A stretch of 64,000 nucleotides of DNA from assembly GCA_963663865.1 (NCBI GenBank), contig OY760686.1:1824001-1888000 (forward strand), read 5' to 3'. A program made the position numbers and the translations under genes. Origin of the DNA: Spirochaetota bacterium. GTDB taxonomy: Bacteria > Spirochaetota > UBA4802 > UBA5550. Shown here piece by piece: positions 19,256-27,972 of this stretch (position 1 is the stretch's first letter; every line of letters starts with the position of its first letter). Below the pieces are notes generated by a model. The model did no database searches. It was not told where the DNA came from and saw only the letters and a program-made list of their open reading frames with translations.

Positions 19256-19486
19256 ATGTTATTATCTGATATGAAACAGCTTCTTATAAAAAACGGGCCG
19301 CTTTCGATCAGAGAGCTGTCAGTTCTGTTAAAGCAAGACGAAGCCGCAGTTGAGCATGGACTTAGAATGTGGCTTGATAAGGGCAGTGTTAAAAAGGAGT
19401 CAGTGCAAACTTCATGCAGCGGCTGTTCTTCCTGCGCGTCTGCCTCCCTTTGCTCAGATTCAGCTGTGTACAGATGGATTGCATGA
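19256..19486 (+). CDS. feoC: FeoC-like winged-helix Fe-S protein
   Basis: 76 aa with a wHTH-like N-terminus, W-x-x-KG, CSGCSSC-x5-C and a YRW end; GGAGG RBS. Confidence 0.82.
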   Translation: MLLSDMKQLLIKNGPLSIRELSVLLKQDEAAVEHGLRMWLDKGSVKKESVQTSCSGCSSCASASLCSDSAVYRWIA

Positions 19487-19682
19487 TTCCTTGAGCAGGC
19501 TGTTTGCTTACTGCCGAGAGCTTTATCCCCCCTCCAAAAACAAAGCACATTCCATCAAAATTTTAACTTGATTTTTATCCGATGTTTCAAAGATATTCAG
19601 GTGAAACGCATTTTCCCGGATGTGTAACTCGCATAATTTCCTTAAAATTATGTTGAATAATTATTATTTAAAGGTGTTTAAT

Positions 19683-20174
19683 TTGAAGCCATTAACATTA
19701 ACTGAAGAGAAGATAAACGCCGCTGTAGAAGAGCTCAGCCTTCTAAAAAACCCGCTTGATGAGGCGCTTGCCCTGCTGGACAGGGAGCAGCCATATACCG
19801 CTGACTATATCCACGGTGAAATGACTGATGAACTCACTGATTCAGAAAGGGCTGTTCTGGTGGATATAGCCTCGACCGTCTACTACATAATCAGCAAAAA
19901 TTTCACTGCCGTCAGGGCTACGCAGCAATCTCTTGAAAAGGCATATTCAGAGAATGTCGGCAGATTCGAAGAACTGTTCAGAACCTCAGATGAGGAGGAT
20001 TTCAGTATCGAGGTGTTTTTTGACTATCTTGTTTCCGGCAACTCTCAGGAGCCTCTGTTTCTTTTCGCGGCTGAACTCATAACTGAGGCGCTGGAAGATG
20101 AAGCTGATGATTTTACTGAATCTTTTTCTGTTATACTTGTCCACCTGAAGACAATCATTGATGCTGTTCTCTGA
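19683..20174 (+). CDS. Hypothetical acidic helical protein
   Basis: Open frame; probable TTG start at 19683 after AAGGTG; Glu/Asp-rich; no motif recognised. Confidence 0.6.
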   Translation: MKPLTLTEEKINAAVEELSLLKNPLDEALALLDREQPYTADYIHGEMTDELTDSERAVLVDIASTVYYIISKNFTAVRATQQSLEKAYSENVGRFEELFRTSDEEDFSIEVFFDYLVSGNSQEPLFLFAAELITEALEDEADDFTESFSVILVHLKTIIDAVL

Positions 20175-20378
20175 TTATTTAAAAAAAAATAGCAGTATTC
20201 AGAGCAAAACCGGCAATTACTGTTGAAAAATATTTTAAATGGTATATAGTGCAGTTGTCTGATTATCTGACGTCACTGAACTGATCAGGATGATTGGAGC
20301 GTTGTATTAGTACGGAAGAATAGTAAATCTGATAGTCTTAGGGTGGCGTATTGCATCTGAAATAACACTGATAAGTAT

Positions 20379-23300
20379 ATGAAAGATGAAAGAATAAATA
20401 AAATACTGCAAGTTCTGATCAATGCCAAAAATGGTGATTATTCAGTAAATGAAACCGTTACGGGAGCCGATGACATTGCAGAAATATCCTCTCTCGTAAA
20501 CAGCCTTATAGGCAGGCTGAATCAGATTAGCAGCAAAACCGAGCTGGCGCAGGCCGCCTTTGATGAAAGCCTGAAGAAATACCGTCATTTTAATTCCCTT
20601 CTTCAAAGTGTATTTTTTGTGTACTCCTACATCGGTGACGGTGATTTTAATTTTATCTATATATCTGAAGAAACTGAAGCGCTTCTCGGTATTGACTCAA
20701 AAAGGATTATTGAAGATTACAACCGTCTTCTTGAACTGGTTAAGCCTGAGGACAGGAGGGCTTTCGTTGATGTAATCAAGTCTTCGAAGGATAGCATTAA
20801 TCAGTGGCAGCATGAGCTCAGGATTAAGACGGATGGAAGTTACAGATGGTACAGATGCAGCGCAAGACGTGATTACGATCTTGGCGAGGGGAATATATGG
20901 AGCGGGGTGCTTCTTGATATTACCGGCCAGAAGGAGTCCTCTGAGCTCATTTCTTTGCAGAAGGCCGAGATTGAGCTTGCTTATATGGAACTCCAATCGG
21001 TAATCCAGGAGCTTTCTGCCACCAATGAAGAGATGGAAGCTATCAATGAAGAGCTTACGGCCTCGCAGGACGAGCTCATTCAACGGGAGGTTGAGCTTCA
21101 GCGTAACCTCAGGGAAACAACATACAGATACGATATAAGCAGGGCGCTTAACGGCATTGACACTGAAAGCCATGTGCTTGATGTCCTGATTGAACAGGCT
21201 GAGATATTTTCTGAAGCATGCGTAATCCTGTTCAGCAACCGATACAACGGAAAGGGCAGAATTGTTACTGTAAGAAGGATAAATCCATTTAAAAGCGGAA
21301 TTGAGATAGCGATTCTAAAAAAGAACAGGGATATTATAGTAAGCGATTACGACAACACATGGCAGCTCAACGATACTGAGCCTTTTATATGCAATAACCT
21401 GGAACGTGACGGCAGAGTCATTCCTATTGCTAAAAAAGCATACGCGGAGTCTGGAATTAAAAGCTTCGCCATTTTTCCGATGAACTCCGGCGGCGCGTGG
21501 GTTGGTGATATTGGCGTTTTCAATACTAAAAGTGATTATTTTGACCGCGAGAAGATTGTGCTGTACTCAACTCTGGCTGAACAGGGCGCTGTAGCGCTTG
21601 CTGCGGCAAGGCTCAGAGACGAGATTTCCAGCTCAAGACAGAGGATGTCGCAGATTGTGGAACAGTCGCCTCTCGCTATAATCGAGTGGTCAACTACGCT
21701 TTCCATAGTATCGTGGAACAGCTCAGCAGAAAGGATATTCATGCATTCTGTGGATTGGGCAGTTGGCAGGGATTGCAGGGCCATAGTTGATGAAACCTAT
21801 GAAAAGGATTTTACAGATGAGCTTCAATCTGTATTGTCCGGCACTTACAGCGCTCACTATGAAGCTGAATGCAGGCGGGGCGATGATAGTATCATTGTCT
21901 GCGAGTGGCATTTCGCGCCGATTATCGATGGAAGAGGGAAGGTTTCAGGGATAGTCTCCATTGCCGAAGATATCACAGAAAAAAGAAAGTATTCGGCAGC
22001 GCTGGAGCAGGAAAAAGCCCTTCTGAGGACGCTCATAGACATGATACCTGACCCGATATATATGAAGGACATGTCCGGCCGGAAGACACTCGCCAACCCG
22101 GTTGATGTGTATCTGATGGGCGCGTCAAATGAGGCGGATGTTATCGGGAAAAATGATTTCGATGTCTATTCGCCGGAGGATGCCGCTAAATTCTGGGAAG
22201 ATGATGAAAAGGTCCTTTTCGAAGGACAAAAAATTCTCAATAGAGAGGAAGAATTTATTCTCAATGACGGATCAACGCTCAATATTTTAACGAGCAAGGT
22301 TCCGCTAAAAAATGAAAACGGCGAGATTGTAGGACTGCTTGGTGTAGGCAGGGACATTACTGACAGGAAAAAGTATGAGCATGAACTGGAAAGCAGCTTA
22401 AAGCAGACCAGGATGCGCTATGATTTCAGCAGAAAGTTCGCGACCTGCAGGAATGTTGAAGAGGTCATTGACGTTATAATAAGCGAATCAAAGATCAACA
22501 CTCAGGTATCCATAGGAATCAGTACGCTTATCTCAAAGGATACTGAACTCGTATTTAAAGTCAGGCGCTATGAAGAATACGATTCCGGGTTGCCCGCGCC
22601 TGTTAAGCCGGGAACAGTAATAAACGAATCTAATGATGATTTTGTCAGAAATCTGTACAGTGACAAAATCATTATCGCAGATCCGGTAGTATCTTCAAAT
22701 GAAATTGACCGCAAATTCAAGAAAATTTTCGCTGTTTCGGGAGTACAATCCTATTCACTGTTCCCTATTTCCGGAGCAATGGAGTGGTTTGGATTTATCG
22801 CTGGAGCATCAAGGGTTCAAGGCGTTATGGATGAGGACTTTGTTCAGCATTTTTCAATTTTGTCTGAACAGGCATCAATCGCTTTCAGAGCTACAATACT
22901 CAGGGAGAGGATCGCGGAATCTCAGAACAGGTTGATGCTTCTCTTCGAGCAGTCTCCTCTCGGCATTATTGAATCCAATACGGAGATGAAGGTCGTATTC
23001 TGGAACAAGGCAGCCCAGACTATATTCGGCTATTCATACTCTGAGGCAGTCGGGAACGATGTTTTTTCTCTCATTTTCGGAGACACTCCTGACCAGAGAT
23101 TCGCGGATGACTGGAGGAAGGTCAGCAGCACCGGAAGGCAGATACAGTCTATCTGTCAGTGTACAACCATGGAAGGCGGGAAGCTGATTTGCAATTTTTT
23201 TACATCTGCAATAACCGGCAATGATGGTGTGATTAAAGGCATTGTTTCAATGGTGCAGGATGTGACTGAAAGGGAAAAGGCGTTTGCCGAGAAGAAAAGG

Positions 23301-24446
23301 CTTGAGGAGGATCTTCAACACGCTCAAAAAATTGAGTCCGTCGGACGCCTGGCCGGAGGGGTTGCGCATGACTTTAACAACATGCTTACCGTTATTCTTG
23401 GCCGCACAGAGCTTATTAAATCGCGCATTAACGGCAATTCGGAAATAAAGGATGATATCGTTGAAATCGAAAAGGCAGCGAGGCATTCGAAGGATGTGAC
23501 CACACAGCTTCTTGCTTTTTCAAGGAAGCAGATCATCAAGCCCGAAATAATAAATATGAATGAGCGCTTCCCGGAACTCCGGCGAACCCTGATCAGGCTG
23601 ATTGGAGAGGATATTGAAATAGCATATATTCCCGGTAGAGACCTGTGGAATATAAAATTTGACCCATTTCAGATTGATCAGATCATAATGAACCTGTCAC
23701 TCAACAGCCGTGATGCAATGCCCGATGGCGGCAAACTGTCAATACAGACCGATAATGTCACTATTGACGAAAATGAAAGTATAGCCAGACCGGAATTCAG
23801 AGCGGGAGAATTTGTCCGAATAACGCTGCGTGATTCCGGCACCGGAATGGACAGTGAAACGCTGCAGTATATATTTGAGCCGTTCTTTACGACCAAGGAG
23901 ATTGGACGCGGTACTGGACTTGGACTCGCTACTGTGTACGGTATGGTAAAGCAGAACAATGGCTTTATCACTGTGGATAGCAGTCCGGGCGAAGGGACTT
24001 CCTTTGAAATCTATATTCCCAGATCTTATGAAGATATATCCGCCGTTATCAAGAGCTGTTCAATTAAGCCGGTAAAGGGAGAGGGAACAATTCTTCTTGT
24101 TGAAGATGATATGCTCGTAAGGAGAATGGTAAGCGCAATGCTGACGCAACTCGGCTATTATACAATGATTGCAGAGACGCCCGGGCAGGCCGTAGCCATA
24201 TTCAGGGAGAAGAGTGAGTCCATTGATATGGTTATCTCCGACGTAATTATGCCGGAGATGAGCGGTGTGGATTTGCGTACTGAACTGGAAAAACATTCTT
24301 CCGGAGTAAAGATACTCTTCATGTCCGGTTACACCGCGGATGTTCTCATGTCCAAAGGAGGACTTGAGGAGGGGGTTAACTTCATCTCAAAGCCTTTTTC
24401 CATTTCTGAACTTTCCGATAAGGTCAGAGAGGTAATTTCCAGCTGA
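20379..24446 (+). CDS. Cytoplasmic hybrid histidine kinase (PAS/GAF repeats, HisKA, HATPase, REC)
   Basis: LAGGVAHDFNNML H-box, DSGTGM, FEPFFTTK, GTGLGL, receiver LLVEDD...DVIMP...SGY...KPF; multiple PAS/PAC (DIT) motifs; no TM. Confidence 0.93.
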   Translation: MKDERINKILQVLINAKNGDYSVNETVTGADDIAEISSLVNSLIGRLNQISSKTELAQAAFDESLKKYRHFNSLLQSVFFVYSYIGDGDFNFIYISEETEALLGIDSKRIIEDYNRLLELVKPEDRRAFVDVIKSSKDSINQWQHELRIKTDGSYRWYRCSARRDYDLGEGNIWSGVLLDITGQKESSELISLQKAEIELAYMELQSVIQELSATNEEMEAINEELTASQDELIQREVELQRNLRETTYRYDISRALNGIDTESHVLDVLIEQAEIFSEACVILFSNRYNGKGRIVTVRRINPFKSGIEIAILKKNRDIIVSDYDNTWQLNDTEPFICNNLERDGRVIPIAKKAYAESGIKSFAIFPMNSGGAWVGDIGVFNTKSDYFDREKIVLYSTLAEQGAVALAAARLRDEISSSRQRMSQIVEQSPLAIIEWSTTLSIVSWNSSAERIFMHSVDWAVGRDCRAIVDETYEKDFTDELQSVLSGTYSAHYEAECRRGDDSIIVCEWHFAPIIDGRGKVSGIVSIAEDITEKRKYSAALEQEKALLRTLIDMIPDPIYMKDMSGRKTLANPVDVYLMGASNEADVIGKNDFDVYSPEDAAKFWEDDEKVLFEGQKILNREEEFILNDGSTLNILTSKVPLKNENGEIVGLLGVGRDITDRKKYEHELESSLKQTRMRYDFSRKFATCRNVEEVIDVIISESKINTQVSIGISTLISKDTELVFKVRRYEEYDSGLPAPVKPGTVINESNDDFVRNLYSDKIIIADPVVSSNEIDRKFKKIFAVSGVQSYSLFPISGAMEWFGFIAGASRVQGVMDEDFVQHFSILSEQASIAFRATILRERIAESQNRLMLLFEQSPLGIIESNTEMKVVFWNKAAQTIFGYSYSEAVGNDVFSLIFGDTPDQRFADDWRKVSSTGRQIQSICQCTTMEGGKLICNFFTSAITGNDGVIKGIVSMVQDVTEREKAFAEKKRLEEDLQHAQKIESVGRLAGGVAHDFNNMLTVILGRTELIKSRINGNSEIKDDIVEIEKAARHSKDVTTQLLAFSRKQIIKPEIINMNERFPELRRTLIRLIGEDIEIAYIPGRDLWNIKFDPFQIDQIIMNLSLNSRDAMPDGGKLSIQTDNVTIDENESIARPEFRAGEFVRITLRDSGTGMDSETLQYIFEPFFTTKEIGRGTGLGLATVYGMVKQNNGFITVDSSPGEGTSFEIYIPRSYEDISAVIKSCSIKPVKGEGTILLVEDDMLVRRMVSAMLTQLGYYTMIAETPGQAVAIFREKSESIDMVISDVIMPEMSGVDLRTELEKHSSGVKILFMSGYTADVLMSKGGLEEGVNFISKPFSISELSDKVREVISS

Positions 24447-24518
24447 CTGCAAAACGGTATTCAGCAGCTTTAATGATTTTATTAACTGAATATTTTACAA
24501 AAAATAAGAGCATAAGTC

Positions 24519-24569
24519 TTGACAGATCAAAGGCTAATCCCTACAATACCTACTAATTTACTTGTAATT
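24519..24569 (+). promoter_or_regulatory. Sigma70 promoter with overlapping Rrf2 (CymR/IscR)-type operator
   Basis: TTGACA-N17-TACAAT (24519-24547); imperfect palindrome AATACCTACTAATTTACTTGTAATT (24545-24569). Confidence 0.7.
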
Positions 24570-24583
24570 AAGAGAGGGTTGCC

Positions 24584-25879
24584 ATGACAAAGGAAAAAAA
24601 TAAAAGTTTGAGACCCGAATCGCTCCTGGTACACGGTGGGCAAAGCCCCGATAGCGCTACGGGTTCAAGGGCTGTTCCTATATATCAGACAACAGCGTAT
24701 CAGTTTCATGACACAGATCATGCAGCTTCGCTGTTTGCCCTCACCGAACCGGGGAATATATACACCCGCCTCATGAATCCGACTACAGAAGTGCTTGAAA
24801 ACAGGGTTAGTTTGCTTGAAGGAGGGGCCGGCGCCCTTGCGACCTCAAGCGGGACTTCGGCAATCCTGTTGTCAATGCTCAATATCGCCTCTGCTGGAGA
24901 TGAGATAGTCTCCGCTGAAAACCTTTATGGAGGCACCTACAACCTTTTCAAAAACACCCTTCCGAGGATGGGCATTAAGGTAAACTTTTTTGCTCCGAAT
25001 GATTTCAATGCGTTGAGAGAAAAAATCACGCCCTCGACCAAAGCTGTGTATGCCGAGACTGTGGGAAATCCCAGGCTTGATATTGCTGATATTGAAAAGC
25101 TGGCGGAGATAGCCCACGAAAACGGAATTCCTCTGATTGTTGACAACACATGCGTTCCATATCTTCTTAAGCCGATAGACTACGGCGCGGATATTGTGGT
25201 GTATTCGGCGACCAAGTTCCTGGGTGGGCATGGAAATTCCATGGGGGGTGTCATCGTAGATTCAGGGCGTTTCGACTGGTCGACAGGCAGGTTCCCTCTT
25301 ATTTCTGATCCTGATCCAAGTTATCACGGCATGGATTTTATCAGGGCGTTGAGTCCTTCAAATACTGCATATATCGTCAAGGCCCGGGTCTGTCTCATGA
25401 GGGACCTCGGACCGGCCATATCCCCCTTCAATTCTTTTCTTATTTTGCAGGGCCTCGAAACTCTTCATCTGAGGATGGAAAGGCATTCACACAACGCGAT
25501 GGCAGTGGCAAGCTACCTTGAGTCCAATTCGGCGGTTGAGTGGGTGAATTATCCTGGACTTGAATCGAGTTCTGAAAAAGCCAGAGCGGACAGGTATCTT
25601 CCATGCGGGGCTGGAGCAATAATAGGTTTCGGCATTAAAGGCGGCCATGCTGAGGGAAAGACGTTCATTGATTCACTCAGTATGATCTCCCACGTTGCAA
25701 ACATAGGCGATACGAGAACGCTGGCGATTCATCCGGCGAGCACAACTCATCAGCAGCTCAACCGGGAAGAACAGGAAGCAGCGGGAGTCAATCCCGGGTT
25801 CATAAGACTGTCCATAGGAATAGAAAATTCTGAAGATATAATTGAGGATATTGACCAGGCGATACGAAAGAGCTGCTGA
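24584..25879 (+). CDS. metY: O-acetylhomoserine aminocarboxypropyltransferase (sulfhydrylase)
   Basis: [29 protein letters not shown] (PLP Lys), ANIGD, HPASTTH, RLSIGIE. Confidence 0.93.
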   Translation: MTKEKNKSLRPESLLVHGGQSPDSATGSRAVPIYQTTAYQFHDTDHAASLFALTEPGNIYTRLMNPTTEVLENRVSLLEGGAGALATSSGTSAILLSMLNIASAGDEIVSAENLYGGTYNLFKNTLPRMGIKVNFFAPNDFNALREKITPSTKAVYAETVGNPRLDIADIEKLAEIAHENGIPLIVDNTCVPYLLKPIDYGADIVVYSATKFLGGHGNSMGGVIVDSGRFDWSTGRFPLISDPDPSYHGMDFIRALSPSNTAYIVKARVCLMRDLGPAISPFNSFLILQGLETLHLRMERHSHNAMAVASYLESNSAVEWVNYPGLESSSEKARADRYLPCGAGAIIGFGIKGGHAEGKTFIDSLSMISHVANIGDTRTLAIHPASTTHQQLNREEQEAAGVNPGFIRLSIGIENSEDIIEDIDQAIRKSC

Positions 25880-25904
25880 CGCTAACAAAACAAAGGAGAT
25901 TAAA

Positions 25905-26825
25905 GTGCCAATTTACAATGACATTACGGAAACAATAGGCAATACGCCTCTTGTGAGAATAAACAGGCTCAATGATACCGATGCTGTTATTTTAGCGAAG
26001 ATTGAGTCATTCAACCCCCTTTCAAGCGTTAAGGATAGAATAGGCGTAGCGATGATTAACGACGCTGAAAAGAAAGGAAAGCTTAAAAAAGGAGACACTG
26101 TAATAGAGCCCACGAGCGGCAACACAGGCATTGCTCTGGCCTTTGCCTGCGCGGCCAGGGGATATAACCTTGTTCTTACAATGCCTGACACCATGAGCAC
26201 CGAAAGAAGACAGCTCCTGGAGATTCTTGGGGCTCGAATCGTGCTTACCGACGGGCGTCTCGGAATGAAGGGAGCCATTGAAACAGCTCTGAAGTTACAG
26301 TCCGAGACACCCGGCAGCTTCATGCCCCAGCAGTTCAGGAATCAGGCAAATCCTGAAATTCACATGAGCACAACCGGGCCGGAGATATGGAGCGACTGCG
26401 AAGGGAAGGTCGATTACTTCGTTGCCGGAGTCGGTACGGGCGGAACAATAACCGGAACCGGGGCTTATCTGAAGAAGATGAATCCGGATATTAAAATCAT
26501 TGCCGTTGAACCGGAAGATTCGGCGGTCTTAAGCGGAAGGGAGAGCGGGCCGCATAGAATTCAGGGGCTAGGAGCCGGATTCATACCGGAAGTTCTGAAA
26601 ATGGAGATTATTGATGAGGTGATTCCTGTAACCGACGCTGATGCCGCTGAAACAGCGAGAAGGCTGCCGGTGCTTGAGGGAATCTTGACCGGCATATCGG
26701 GCGGCGCCGCTATGAATGCGGCTCTCACCGTCGCGGCCAGACCCGAGTCAGCCGGAAAGGTAATAGTAGTTATTCTGCCTGACAGCGGTGAGAGGTATCT
26801 TTCAACATGGCTTTTCGCGGATTAA
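25905..26825 (+). CDS. cysK: Cysteine synthase A
   Basis: [55 protein letters not shown]; GTG start at 25905 after AAGGAG. Confidence 0.95.
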   Translation: MPIYNDITETIGNTPLVRINRLNDTDAVILAKIESFNPLSSVKDRIGVAMINDAEKKGKLKKGDTVIEPTSGNTGIALAFACAARGYNLVLTMPDTMSTERRQLLEILGARIVLTDGRLGMKGAIETALKLQSETPGSFMPQQFRNQANPEIHMSTTGPEIWSDCEGKVDYFVAGVGTGGTITGTGAYLKKMNPDIKIIAVEPEDSAVLSGRESGPHRIQGLGAGFIPEVLKMEIIDEVIPVTDADAAETARRLPVLEGILTGISGGAAMNAALTVAARPESAGKVIVVILPDSGERYLSTWLFAD

Positions 26826-26847
26826 TGATGATTACACTGGAGATTAG

Positions 26848-27294
26848 ATGAGACTTTCCACCAGGTCGAGATACGGAATAAGGCTGATGATGGCCCTTGC
26901 AATGGAAGAAAGCAGCGAGCCAGTCTTCCTCAAGCAGATAGCGACTTCGGAAGGCATATCCGAGAAGTATCTGAGCCAGATTATTATCCCCCTGAAAAAC
27001 AGCGGACTCGTAATTACATACAGAGGGGCTCACGGCGGTTACAAGTTAAGCCGTAAGCCATCAGAGATTAACATCAGGGAAATAGTGGAACCTCTTGAAG
27101 GAGACCTTAGTCTTGTCGAATGCGTCGCTGTACCGGGAAGCTGCGGAAAATCGAGCGAATGCGTGTCAAGGTCGCTATGGGATGAAATGAGCAGAATGAT
27201 TATCGATTACCTCTCAGGCATAACACTTGCGGACCTAATAGAAAGATGCAGAAAAATTTCACATGCCGGAGATGCTGTTAACTACGTGATATAG
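26848..27294 (+). CDS. Rrf2 family transcriptional regulator (CymR/IscR-like) with three C-terminal Cys
   Basis: MRLSTRSRYG, ISEKYLSQI, RGAHGGY, EC-x5-C-x5-C. Confidence 0.92.
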   Translation: MRLSTRSRYGIRLMMALAMEESSEPVFLKQIATSEGISEKYLSQIIIPLKNSGLVITYRGAHGGYKLSRKPSEINIREIVEPLEGDLSLVECVAVPGSCGKSSECVSRSLWDEMSRMIIDYLSGITLADLIERCRKISHAGDAVNYVI

Positions 27295-27303
27295 GAGCCG
27301 CAG

Positions 27304-27972
27304 TCACATCTTTTTTTGTTCGAAAATAAAAGGAGTGTTCCGCATCGCGCCTTCGATGTCAAGGCCGTAGCCTCCTGCCCAGACGTCAGGGATAAAAAAG
27401 CCTGTGTAATCAGGTTTTATTTTTTTTCTGAGTTCGCTCACAGCCGCGGAAGGATTATCGAGCTTCTTGTTCAGCAGCGTGCATATTCTTATCGAGTTCA
27501 CGGTACGCACAATGCTCAGATAGTCGAGCATCCATGCCAGAGTGAAACCCTGGTCGATGATATCCTCAACTACTATAATATCCCGACCTTCAATTTCAGG
27601 CGGCGTCATAATCAGTTTGATGCGCCGGTCTGTTTCTCCTTCTTCTTTCCGTCCGTTTCCGTACGCGCTGAGTTTTATGAAGTGCAGATTTACGCTTATG
27701 CGGTATTTTCTGAAAAGCTCTCTTGAGAGGTCAGCGGCAAAAATACAGGAGCCGTTAAGTACGGCAAGAAAGTCAATGCCGCTTTCCTGTTTGTCGTTTG
27801 CCAGTTCATCGGCAAGAACAGTAATTCTTTTCTGCAGGCATGCTTCAGGAATAAGAACTGACGGGTGTAAAGCCTCGCAAGCGGTTATGGGGTTTGAAGA
27901 ATCCCTGACTCCGGCGGCCGGCACTTCTACCGGAAAAAGATAGTCAGAGTCAATCAGTATACGCTGTTTCAT
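27304..27972 (-). CDS. hpt: Hypoxanthine-guanine phosphoribosyltransferase-like protein (divergent)
   Basis: VLNGSCIFAADL, IVVEDIIDQGFTL PRPP loop, TLLNK, GYGLD, RN; ATG 27972 overlaps the upstream stop. Confidence 0.8.
   Translation of the reverse strand: MKQRILIDSDYLFPVEVPAAGVRDSSNPITACEALHPSVLIPEACLQKRITVLADELANDKQESGIDFLAVLNGSCIFAADLSRELFRKYRISVNLHFIKLSAYGNGRKEEGETDRRIKLIMTPPEIEGRDIIVVEDIIDQGFTLAWMLDYLSIVRTVNSIRICTLLNKKLDNPSAAVSELRKKIKPDYTGFFIPDVWAGGYGLDIEGAMRNTPFIFEQKKM

Noticed and set aside
24447-24583. SAM riboswitch or T-box before metY
   Set aside because: The leader after the promoter is only about 30 nt and lacks the conserved motifs.
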